NCBI GenBank assembly: GCA_964057225.1
Contig: OZ059895.1
Coordinates: 3,224,001-3,288,000, forward strand
Length of the DNA: 64,000 nt
Direction: 5' to 3'
Source of the DNA: Auanema rhodensis
Lineage: Eukaryota > Animalia > Nematoda
Positions within the stretch are counted from its first letter, which is position 1. The number at the start of each line of letters is the position of its first letter. Positions 9,348 through 22,800 of the stretch are shown one piece after another. Position numbers and translations under genes: made by a program. Below the pieces are notes generated by a model, which was given only the letters and a program-made list of their open reading frames with translations, had not been told where the DNA came from and ran no database searches.

Positions 9348-12300
9348 GTACACCCATAAATTATACGCAGCACAGGTTACCCTTAATTAATGAACTGACC
9401 GACTAATCAGACATGGATCTTTCCAAGTTCTGTTGCTTGAACGGATGTTTTCCTACGAAGGCTAGTAAAACATGCCCTTCAAAGCATCAGAACATGTGAT
9501 CACATTCCAATATTTTTGTATCTATCTTGTAAAGATAGTAATATATCATATGTTGAACACTATGTTGGAAAGATTTTAATTCAGATTTTCTAACTTTTAT
9601 TCAGTTTGTTTTCTAAACTTTGATTAAGAACTTTGATTTTTGTACACCCATAAATTATACGCAGCACAGGTTACCCTTGAATAATGAACTGACCGACTAA
9701 TCAGACATGGATCTTTCCTAGTTCTGTTGCTTGAATGGATGTTTTCCTACGTAGGCTAGTAAAACATGCCCTTCAAAGCATCAGAACATGTGATCACATT
9801 CCAATTTTTTTGAAATCTATCTTGTAAAGATAGTAATAAACTTTGATTTTTGTACACCCATAAATTATACGCAGCACAGGTTACCCTTAAATAATGAACT
9901 GACCGACTAATCAGACATGGATCTTTCCTAGTTCTGTTGCTTGAATGGATGTTTTCCTACGTAGGCTAGTAAAACATGCCCTTCAAAGCATCAGAACATG
10001 TGATCACATTCCAATTTTTTTGTATCTATCTTGTAAAGATAATAATATATCATATGTTGAACACTATGTTGGAAAGATTTTAATTCACATTTTTTCAACT
10101 TTCACTCAATTTGTTTTCTAAACTTTGATTAAGAACTTTGATTTTTGTACACCCATAAATTATACGCAGCACAGGTTACTCTTGAATAATGAACTGACCG
10201 ACTAATCAGACATGGATCTTTCCTAGTTCTGTTGCTTGAATGGATGTTTTCCTACGTAGGCTAGTAAAACATGCCCTTCAAAGCATCAGAACATGTGATC
10301 ACATTCCAATTTTTTTGTATCTATCTTGTAAAGATAGTAATAAACTTTGATTTTTGTACACCCATAAATTATACGCAGCACAGGTTACCCTTAAATAATG
10401 AACTGACCGACTAATCAGACATGGATCTTTCCTAGTTCTGTTGCTTGAATGGATGTTTTCCTACGTAGGCTAGTAAAACATGCCCTTCAAAGCATCAGAA
10501 CATGTGACCACATTCCAATTTTTTTGTATCTATCTTGTAAAGATAATAATATATCATATGTTGAACACAATGTTGGAAAGATTTTAATTCACATTTTTTC
10601 AACTTTCACTCAATTTGTTTTCTAAACTTTGATTAAGAACTTTGATTTTTGTACACCCATAAATTATACGCAGCACAGGTTACCCTTGAATAATGAACTG
10701 ACCGACTAATCAGACATGGATCTTTCCTAGTTCTGTTGCTTGAATGGATGTTTTCCTACGTAGGCTAGTAAAACATGCCCTTCAAAGCATCAGAACATGT
10801 GATCACATTCCAATTTTTTTGTATCTATCTTGTAAAGATAGTAATAAACTTTGATTTTTGTACACCCATAAATTATACGCAGCACAGGTTACCCTTAAAT
10901 AATGAACTGACCGTCTAATCAGACATGGATCTTCCCAAGTTCTGTTGCTTGAATGGATGTTTTCCTACGTAGGCTAGTAAAACATGCCCTTCAAAGCATC
11001 AGAACATGTGATCACATTCCAATTTTTTTGTATCTATCTTGTAAAGATAGTAATATATCATATGTTGAACACTATGTTGGAAAGATTTTAATTCAGATTT
11101 TCTAACTTTTATTCAGTTTGTTTTTTAAACTTTGATTAAGAACTTTGATTTTTGTACAATCATAAATTATACGCAGCACAGGTTACCCTTAATTAATGAA
11201 CTGACCGACTAATCAGACATGGATCTTTCCAAGTTCTGTTGCTTGAACGGATGTTTTCCTACGAAGGCTAGTAAAACATGCCCTTCAAAGCATCAGAACA
11301 TGTGATCACATTCCAATATTTTTGTATCTATCTTGTAAAGATAGTAATATATCATATGTTGAACACTATGTTGGAAAGATTTTAATTCAGATTTTCTAAC
11401 TTTTATTCAGTTTGTTTTCTAAACTTTGATTAAGAACTTTGATTTTTGTACACCCATAAATTATACGCAGCACAGGTTACCCTTGAATAATGAACTGACC
11501 GACTAATCAGACATGGATCTTTCCTAGTTCTGTTGCTTGAATGGATGTTTTCCTACGTAGGCTAGTAAAACATGCCCTTCAAAGCATCAGAACATGTGAT
11601 CACATTCCAATTTTTTTGAAATCTATCTTGTAAAGATAGTAATAAACTTTGATTTTTGTACACCCATAAATTATACGCAGCACAGGTTACCCTTAAATAA
11701 TGAACTGACCGACTAATCAGACATGGATCTTTCCTAGTTCTGTTGCTTGAATGGATGTTTTCCTACGTAGGCTAGTAAAACATGCCCTTCAAAGCATCAG
11801 AACATGTGATCACATTCCAATTTTTTTGTATCTATCTTGTAAAGATAATAATATATCATATGTTGAACACTATGTTGGAAAGATTTTAATTCACATTTTT
11901 TCAACTTTCACTCAATTTGTTTTCTAAACTTTGATTAAGAACTTTGATTTTTGTACACCCATAAATTATACGCAGCACAGGTTACTCTTGAATAATGAAC
12001 TGACCGACTAATCAGACATGGATCTTTCCTAGTTCTGTTGCTTGAATGGATGTTTTCCTACGTAGGCTAGTAAAACATGCCCTTCAAAGCATCAGAACAT
12101 GTGATCACATTCCAATTTTTTTGTATCTATCTTGTAAAGATAGTAATAAACTTTGATTTTTGTACACCCATAAATTATACGCAGCACAGGTTACCCTTAA
12201 ATAATGAACTGACCGACTAATCAGACATGGATCTTTCCTAGTTCTGTTGCTTGAATGGATGTTTTCCTACGTAGGCTAGTAAAACATGCCCTTCAAAGCA

Positions 12301-12959
12301 TCAGAACATGTGACCACATTCCAATTTTTTTGTATCTATCTTGTAAAGATAATAATATATCATATGTTGAACACAATGTTGGAAAGATTTTAATTCACAT
12401 TTTTTCAACTTTCACTCAATTTGTTTTCTAAACTTTGATTAAGAACTTTGATTTTTGTACACCCATAAATTATACGCAGCACAGGTTACCCTTGAATAAT
12501 GAACTGACCGACTAATCAGACATGGATCTTTCCTAGTTCTGTTGCTTGAATGGATGTTTTCCTACGTAGGCTAGTAAAACATGCCCTTCAAAGCATCAGA
12601 ACATGTGATCACATTCCAATTTTTTTGTATCTATCTTGTAAAGATAGTAATAAACTTTGATTTTTGTACACCCATAAATTATACGCAGCACAGGTTACCC
12701 TTAAATAATGAACTGACCGTCTAATCAGACATGGATCTTCCCAAGTTCTGTTGCTTGAATGGATGTTTTCCTACGTAGGCTAGTAAAACATGCCCTTCAA
12801 AGCATCAGAACATGTGATCACATTCCAATTTTTTTGTATCTATCTTGTAAAGATAGTAATATATCATATGTTGAACACTATGTTGGAAAGATTTTAATTC
12901 AGATTTTCTAACTTTTATTCAGTTTGTTTTTTAAACTTTGATTAAGAACTTTGATTTTT
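9348..12959. repeat. 7-monomer higher-order repeat, 1806 bp, two tandem copies (third copy 14556-16361)
   Basis: Monomer starts 9348, 9642, 9852, 10147, 10356, 10651, 10860, 11154 and onward. Lengths 294,210,295,209,295,209,294 repeat with the same SNP order. Confidence 0.88.
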
Positions 12960-15900
12960 GTACAATCATAAATTATACGCAGCACAGGTTACCCTTAAAT
13001 AATGAACTGACCGACTAATCAGACATGGATCTTTCCTAGTTCTGTTGCTTGAACGGATGTTTTCCTACGAAGGCTAGTAAAACATGCCCTTCAAAGCATC
13101 AGAACATGTGATCACATTCCAATTTTTTTGTATCTATCTTGTAAAGATAGTAATATATCATATGTTGAACACTATGTTGGAAAGATTTTAATTCAGATTT
13201 TCTAACTTTTATTCAGTTTGTTTTTTAAACTTTGATTAAGAACTTTGATTTTTGTACAATCATAAATTATACGCAGCACAGGTTACCCTTAAATAATGAA
13301 CTGACCGACTAATCAGACATGGATCTTTCCTAGTTCTGTTGCTTGAATGGATGTTTTCCTACGTAGGCTAGTAAAACATGCCCTTCAAAGCATCAGAACA
13401 TGTGATCACATTCCAATTTTTTTGTATCTATCTTGTAAAGATAATAATATATCATATGTTGAACACTATGTTGGAAAGATTTTAATTCACATTTTTTCAA
13501 CTTTCACTCAATTTGTTTTCTAAACTTTGATTAAGAACTTTGATTTTTGTACACCCATAAATTATACGCAGCACAGGTTACTCTTGAATAATGAACTGAC
13601 CGACTAATCAGACATGGATCTTTCCTAGTTCTGTTGCTTGAATGGATGTTTTCCTACGTAGGCTAGTAAAACATGCCCTTCAAAGCATCAGAACATGTGA
13701 TCACATTCCAATTTTTTTGTATCTATCTTGTAAAGATAGTAATAAACTTTGATTTTTGTACACCCATAAATTATACGCAGCACAGGTTACCCTTAAATAA
13801 TGAACTGACCGACTAATCAGACATGGATCTTTCCTAGTTCTGTTGCTTGAATGGATGTTTTCCTACGTAGGCTAGTAAAACATGCCCTTCAAAGCATCAG
13901 AACATGTGACCACATTCCAATTTTTTTGTATCTATCTTGTAAAGATAATAATATATCATATGTTGAACACAATGTTGGAAAGATTTTAATTCACATTTTT
14001 TCAACTTTCACTCAATTTGTTTTCTAAACTTTGATTAAGAACTTTGATTTTTGTACACCCATAAATTATACGCAGCACAGGTTACCCTTGAATAATGAAC
14101 TGACCGACTAATCAGACATGGATCTTTCCTAGTTCTGTTGCTTGAATGGATGTTTTCCTACGTAGGCTAGTAAAACATGCCCTTCAAAGCATCAGAACAT
14201 GTGATCACATTCCAATTTTTTTGTATCTATCTTGTAAAGATAGTAATAAACTTTGATTTTTGTACACCCATAAATTATACGCAGCACAGGTTACCCTTAA
14301 ATAATGAACTGACCGTCTAATCAGACATGGATCTTCCCAAGTTCTGTTGCTTGAATGGATGTTTTCCTACGTAGGCTAGTAAAACATGCCCTTCAAAGCA
14401 TCAGAACATGTGATCACATTCCAATTTTTTTGTATCTATCTTGTAAAGATAGTAATATATCATATGTTGAACACTATGTTGGAAAGATTTTAATTCAGAT
14501 TTTCTAACTTTTATTCAGTTTGTTTTTTAAACTTTGATTAAGAACTTTGATTTTTGTACAATCATAAATTATACGCAGCACAGGTTACCCTTAATTAATG
14601 AACTGACCGACTAATCAGACATGGATCTTTCCAAGTTCTGTTGCTTGAACGGATGTTTTCCTACGAAGGCTAGTAAAACATGCCCTTCAAAGCATCAGAA
14701 CATGTGATCACATTCCAATATTTTTGTATCTATCTTGTAAAGATAGTAATATATCATATGTTGAACACTATGTTGGAAAGATTTTAATTCAGATTTTCTA
14801 ACTTTTATTCAGTTTGTTTTCTAAACTTTGATTAAGAACTTTGATTTTTGTACACCCATAAATTATACGCAGCACAGGTTACCCTTGAATAATGAACTGA
14901 CCGACTAATCAGACATGGATCTTTCCTAGTTCTGTTGCTTGAATGGATGTTTTCCTACGTAGGCTAGTAAAACATGCCCTTCAAAGCATCAGAACATGTG
15001 ATCACATTCCAATTTTTTTGAAATCTATCTTGTAAAGATAGTAATAAACTTTGATTTTTGTACACCCATAAATTATACGCAGCACAGGTTACCCTTAAAT
15101 AATGAACTGACCGACTAATCAGACATGGATCTTTCCTAGTTCTGTTGCTTGAATGGATGTTTTCCTACGTAGGCTAGTAAAACATGCCCTTCAAAGCATC
15201 AGAACATGTGATCACATTCCAATTTTTTTGTATCTATCTTGTAAAGATAATAATATATCATATGTTGAACACTATGTTGGAAAGATTTTAATTCACATTT
15301 TTTCAACTTTCACTCAATTTGTTTTCTAAACTTTGATTAAGAACTTTGATTTTTGTACACCCATAAATTATACGCAGCACAGGTTACTCTTGAATAATGA
15401 ACTGACCGACTAATCAGACATGGATCTTTCCTAGTTCTGTTGCTTGAATGGATGTTTTCCTACGTAGGCTAGTAAAACATGCCCTTCAAAGCATCAGAAC
15501 ATGTGATCACATTCCAATTTTTTTGTATCTATCTTGTAAAGATAGTAATAAACTTTGATTTTTGTACACCCATAAATTATACGCAGCACAGGTTACCCTT
15601 AAATAATGAACTGACCGACTAATCAGACATGGATCTTTCCTAGTTCTGTTGCTTGAATGGATGTTTTCCTACGTAGGCTAGTAAAACATGCCCTTCAAAG
15701 CATCAGAACATGTGACCACATTCCAATTTTTTTGTATCTATCTTGTAAAGATAATAATATATCATATGTTGAACACAATGTTGGAAAGATTTTAATTCAC
15801 ATTTTTTCAACTTTCACTCAATTTGTTTTCTAAACTTTGATTAAGAACTTTGATTTTTGTACACCCATAAATTATACGCAGCACAGGTTACCCTTGAATA

Positions 15901-16826
15901 ATGAACTGACCGACTAATCAGACATGGATCTTTCCTAGTTCTGTTGCTTGAATGGATGTTTTCCTACGTAGGCTAGTAAAACATGCCCTTCAAAGCATCA
16001 GAACATGTGATCACATTCCAATTTTTTTGTATCTATCTTGTAAAGATAGTAATAAACTTTGATTTTTGTACACCCATAAATTATACGCAGCACAGGTTAC
16101 CCTTAAATAATGAACTGACCGTCTAATCAGACATGGATCTTCCCAAGTTCTGTTGCTTGAATGGATGTTTTCCTACGTAGGCTAGTAAAACATGCCCTTC
16201 AAAGCATCAGAACATGTGATCACATTCCAATTTTTTTGTATCTATCTTGTAAAGATAGTAATATATCATATGTTGAACACTATGTTGGAAAGATTTTAAT
16301 TCAGATTTTCTAACTTTTATTCAGTTTGTTTTTTAAACTTTGATTAAGAACTTTGATTTTTGTACAATCATAAATTATACGCAGCACAGGTTACCCTTAA
16401 ATAATGAACTGACCGACTAATCAGACATGGATCTTTCCTAGTTCTGTTGCTTGAACGGATGTTTTCCTACGAAGGCTAGTAAAACATGCCCTTCAAAGCA
16501 TCAGAACATGTGATCACATTCCAATTTTTTTGTATCTATCTTGTAAAGATAGTAATATATCATATGTTGAACACTATGTTGGAAAGATTTTAATTCAGAT
16601 TTTCTAACTTTTATTCAGTTTGTTTTTTAAACTTTGATTAAGAACTTTGATTTTTGTACAATCATAAATTATACGCAGCACAGGTTACCCTTAAATAATG
16701 AACTGACCGACTAATCAGACATGGATCTTTCCTAGTTCTGTTGCTTGAATGGATGTTTTCCTACGTAGGCTAGTAAAACATGCCCTTCAAAGCATCAGAA
16801 CATGTGATCACATTCCAATTTTTTTG
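9858..16826. repeat. 13-monomer tandem duplication, period 3402 bp
   Basis: GTACAATC marker pairs 11154/14556, 12960/16362 and 13254/16656 all differ by 3402. Confidence 0.88.
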
Positions 16827-19800
16827 AAATCTATCTTGTAAAGATAGTAATATATCATATGTTGAACACTATGTTGGAAAGATTTTAATTCAGATTTTTT
16901 CAACTTTCACTCAGTTTGTTTTCTAAACTTTGATTAAGAACCTTGTTGTTTGTACACCCATAAAATATACGCAGCACAGGTTACCCTTAAATAATGAACT
17001 GACCGTCTAATCAGACATGGATCTTCCCAAGTTCTGTTGCTTGAATGGATGTTTTCCTACGTAGGCTAGTAAAACATGCCCTTCAAAGCATCAGAACATG
17101 TGATCACATTCCAATTTTTTTGTATCTATCTTGTAAAGATAGTAATATATCATATGTTGAACACTATGTTGGAAAGATTTTAATTCAGATTTTCTAACTT
17201 TTATTCAGTTTGTTTTTTAAACTTTGATTAAGAACTTTGATTTTTGTACAATCATAAATTATACGCAGCACAGGTTACCCTTAAATAATGAACTGACCGA
17301 CTAATCAGACATGGATCTTTCCTAGTTCTGTTGCTTGAATGGATGTTTTCCTACGTAGGCTAGTAAAACATGCCCTTCAAAGCATCAGAACATGTGATCA
17401 CATTCCAATTTTTTTGTATCTATCTTGTAAAGATAATAATATATCATATGTTGAACACTATGTTGGAAAGATTTTAATTCACATTTTTTCAACTTTCACT
17501 CAATTTGTTTTCTAAACTTTGATTAAGAACTTTGATTTTTGTACACCCATAAATTATACGCAGCACAGGTTACCCTTGAATAATGAACTGACCGACTAAT
17601 CAGACATGGATCTTTCCTAGTTCTGTTGCTTGAATGGATGTTTTCCTACGTAGGCTAGTAAAACATGCCCTTCAAAGCATCAGAACATGTGATCACATTC
17701 CAATTTTTTTGTATCTATCTTGTAAAGATAGTAATAAACTTTGATTTTTGTACACCCATAAATTATACGCAGCACAGGTTACCCTTAAATAATGAACTGA
17801 CCGACTAATCAGACATGGATCTTTCCTAGTTCTGTTGCTTGAATGGATGTTTTCCTACGTAGGCTAGTAAAACATGCCCTTCAAAGCATCAGAACATGTG
17901 ACCACATTCCAATTTTTTTGTATCTATCTTGTAAAGATAATAATATATCATATGTTGAACACAATGTTGGAAAGATTTTAATTCACATTTTTTCAACTTT
18001 CACTCAATTTGTTTTCTAAACTTTGATTAAGAACTTTGATTTTTGTACACCCATAAATTATACGCAGCACAGGTTACCCTTGAATAATGAACTGACCGAC
18101 TAATCAGACATGGATCTTTCCTAGTTCTGTTGCTTGAATGGATGTTTTCCTACGTAGGCTAGTAAAACATGCCCTTCAAAGCATCAGAACATGTGATCAC
18201 ATTCCAATTTTTTTGAAATCTATCTTGTAAAGATAGTAATAAACTTTGATTTTTGTACACCCATAAATTATACGCAGCACAGGTTACCCTTAAATAATGA
18301 ACTGACCGACTAATCAGACATGGATCTTTCCTAGTTCTGTTGCTTGAATGGATGTTTTCCTACGTAGGCTAGTAAAACATGCCCTTCAAAGCATCAGAAC
18401 ATGTGATCACATTCCAATTTTTTTGTATCTTTCTTGTAAAGATAGTAATATATCATATGTTGAACACTATGTTGGAAAGATTTTAATTCAGATTTTCGAA
18501 CTTTTATTCAGTTTGTTTTTTAAACTTTGATTAAGAACTTTGATTTTTGTACACCCATAAATTATACGCAGCACAGGTTACCCTTAATTAATGAACTGAC
18601 CGACTAATCAGACATGGATCTTTCCAAGTTCTGTTGCTTGAACGGATGTTTTCCTACGAAGGCTAGTAAAACATGCCCTTCAAAGCATCAGAACATGTGA
18701 TCACATTCCAATATTTTTGTATCTATCTTGTAAAGATAGTAATATATCATATGTTGAACACTATGTTGGAAAGATTTTAATTCAGATTTTCTAACTTTTA
18801 TTCAGTTTGTTTTTTAAACTTTGATTAAGAACTTTGATTTTTGTACACCCATAAATTATACGCAGCACAGGTTACACTTAAATAATGAACTGACCGACTA
18901 ATCAGACATGGATCTTTCCTAGTTCTGTTGCTTGAATGGATGTTTTCCTACGTAGGCTAGTAAAACATGCCCTTCAAAGCATCAGAACATGTGATCACAT
19001 TCCAATTTTTTTGTATCTATCTTGTGAAGATAGTAATATATCATATGTTGAACACTATGTTGGAAAGATTTTAATTCAGATTTACGAACTTTTATTCAGT
19101 TTGTTTTTTAAACTTTGATTAAGAACTTTGATTTTTGTACACCCATAAATTATACGCAGCACAGGTTACCCTTAATTAATGAACTGACCGACTAATCAGA
19201 CATGGATCTTTCCAAGTTCTGTTGCTTGAACGGATGTTTTCCTACGTAGGCTAGTAAAACATGCCCTTCAAAGCATCAGAACATGTGATCACATTCCAAT
19301 TTTTTTGTATCTATCTTGTAAAGATAGTAATATATCATATGTTGAACACTATGTTGGAAAGATTTTAATTCAGATTTTCTAACTTTTATTCAGTTTGTTT
19401 TCTAAACTTTGATTAAGAACTTTGATTTTTGTACACCCATAAATTATACGCAGCACAGGTTACCCTTGAATAATGAACTGACCGACTAATCAGACATGGA
19501 TCTTTCCTAGTTCTGTTGCTTGAATGGATGTTTTCCTACGTAGGCTAGTAAAACATGCCCTTCAAAGCATCAGAACATGTGATCACATTCCAATTTTTTT
19601 GAAATCTATCTTGTAAAGATAGTAATAAACTTTGATTTTTGTACACCCATAAATTATACGCAGCACAGGTTACCCTTAAATAATGAACTGACCGACTAAT
19701 CAGACATGGATCTTTCCTAGTTCTGTTGCTTGAATGGATGTTTTCCTACGTAGGCTAGTAAAACATGCCCTTCAAAGCATCAGAACATGTGATCACATTC

Positions 19801-22800
19801 CAATTTTTTTGTATCTATCTTGTAAAGATAATAATATATCATATGTTGAACACTATGTTGGAAAGATTTTAATTCACATTTTTTCAACTTTCACTCAATT
19901 TGTTTTCTAAACTTTGATTAAGAACTTTGATTTTTGTACACCCATAAATTATACGCAGCACAGGTTACTCTTGAATAATGAACTGACCGACTAATCAGAC
20001 ATGGATCTTTCCTAGTTCTGTTGCTTGAATGGATGTTTTCCTACGTAGGCTAGTAAAACATGCCCTTCAAAGCATCAGAACATGTGATCACATTCCAATT
20101 TTTTTGTATCTATCTTGTAAAGATAGTAATAAACTTTGATTTTTGTACACCCATAAATTATACGCAGCACAGGTTACCCTTAAATAATGAACTGACCGAC
20201 TAATCAGACATGGATCTTTCCTAGTTCTGTTGCTTGAATGGATGTTTTCCTACGTAGGCTAGTAAAACATGCCCTTCAAAGCATCAGAACATGTGACCAC
20301 ATTCCAATTTTTTTGTATCTATCTTGTAAAGATAATAATATATCATATGTTGAACACAATGTTGGAAAGATTTTAATTCACATTTTTTCAACTTTCACTC
20401 AATTTGTTTTCTAAACTTTGATTAAGAACTTTGATTTTTGTACACCCATAAATTATACGCAGCACAGGTTACCCTTGAATAATGAACTGACCGACTAATC
20501 AGACATGGATCTTTCCTAGTTCTGTTGCTTGAATGGATGTTTTCCTACGTAGGCTAGTAAAACATGCCCTTCAAAGCATCAGAACATGTGATCACATTCC
20601 AATTTTTTTGAAATCTATCTTGTAAAGATAGTAATAAACTTTGATTTTTGTACACCCATAAATTATACGCAGCACAGGTTACCCTTAAATAATGAACTGA
20701 CCGACTAATCAGACATGGATCTTTCCTAGTTCTGTTGCTTGAATGGATGTTTTCCTACGTAGGCTAGTAAAACATGCCCTTCAAAGCATCAGAACATGTG
20801 ATCACATTCCAATTTTTTTGTATCTTTCTTGTAAAGATAGTAATATATCATATGTTGAACACTATGTTGGAAAGATTTTAATTCAGATTTTCGAACTTTT
20901 ATTCAGTTTGTTTTTTAAACTTTGATTAAGAACTTTGATTTTTGTACACCCATAAATTATACGCAGCACAGGTTACCCTTAATTAATGAACTGACCGACT
21001 AATCAGACATGGATCTTTCCAAGTTCTGTTGCTTGAACGGATGTTTTCCTACGAAGGCTAGTAAAACATGCCCTTCAAAGCATCAGAACATGTGATCACA
21101 TTCCAATATTTTTGTATCTATCTTGTAAAGATAGTAATATATCATATGTTGAACACTATGTTGGAAAGATTTTAATTCAGATTTTCTAACTTTTATTCAG
21201 TTTGTTTTTTAAACTTTGATTAAGAACTTTGATTTTTGTACACCCATAAATTATACGCAGCACAGGTTACACTTAAATAATGAACTGACCGACTAATCAG
21301 ACATGGATCTTTCCTAGTTCTGTTGCTTGAATGGATGTTTTCCTACGTAGGCTAGTAAAACATGCCCTTCAAAGCATCAGAACATGTGATCACATTCCAA
21401 TTTTTTTGTATCTATCTTGTTAAGATAGTAATATATCATATGTTGAACACTATGTTGGAAAGATTTTAATTCAGATTTACGAACTTTTATTCAGTTTGTT
21501 TTTTAAACTTTGATTAAGAACTTTGATTTTTGTACACCCATAAATTATACGCAGCACAGGTTACCCTTAATTAATGAACTGACCGACTAATCAGACATGG
21601 ATCTTTCCAAGTTCTGTTGCTTGAACGGATGTTTTCCTACGTAGGCTAGTAAAACATGCCCTTCAAAGCATCAGAACATGTGATCACATTCCAATTTTTT
21701 TGTATCTATCTTGTAAAGATAGTAATATATCATATGTTGAACACTATGTTGGAAAGATTTTAATTCAGATTTTCGAACTTTTATTCAGTTTGTTTTTTAA
21801 ACTTTGATTAAGAACTTTGATTTTTGTACACCCATAAATTATACGCAGCACAGGTTACCCTTAATTAATGAACTGACCGACTAATCAGACATGGATCTTT
21901 CCAAGTTCTGTTGCTTGAACGGATGTTTTCCTACGAAGGCTAGTAAAACATGCCCTTCAAAGCATCAGAACATGTGATCACATTCCAATATTTTTGTATC
22001 TATCTTGTAAAGATAGTAATATATCATATGTTGAACACTATGTTGGAAAGATTTTAATTCAGATTTTCTAACTTTTATTCAGTTTGTTTTTTAAACTTTG
22101 ATTAAGAACTTTGATTTTTGTACACCCATAAATTATACGCAGCACAGGTTACACTTAAATAATGAACTGACCGACTAATCAGACATGGATCTTTCCTAGT
22201 TCTGTTGCTTGAATGGATGTTTTCCTACGTAGGCTAGTAAAACATGCCCTTCAAAGCATCAGAACATGTGATCACATTCCAATTTTTTTGTATCTATCTT
22301 GTAAAGATAGTAATATATCATATGTTGAACACTATGTTGGAAAGATTTTAATTCAGATTTACGAACTTTTATTCAGTTTGTTTTTTAAACTTTGATTAAG
22401 AACTTTGATTTTTGTACACCCATAAATTATACGCAGCACAGGTTACCCTTAATTAATGAACTGACCGACTAATCAGACATGGATCTTTCCAAGTTCTGTT
22501 GCTTGAACGGATGTTTTCCTACGTAGGCTAGTAAAACATGCCCTTCAAAGCATCAGAACATGTGATCACATTCCAATTTTTTTGTATCTATCTTGTAAAG
22601 ATAGTAATATATCATATGTTGAACACTATGTTGGAAAGATTTTAATTCAGATTTTCTAACTTTTATTCAGTTTGTTTTTTAAACTTTGATGAAGAACTTT
22701 GATTTTTGTACACCCATAAATTATACGCAGCACAGGTTACCCTTAATTAATGAACTGACCGACTAATCAGACATGGATCTTTCCAAGTTCTGTTGCTTGA

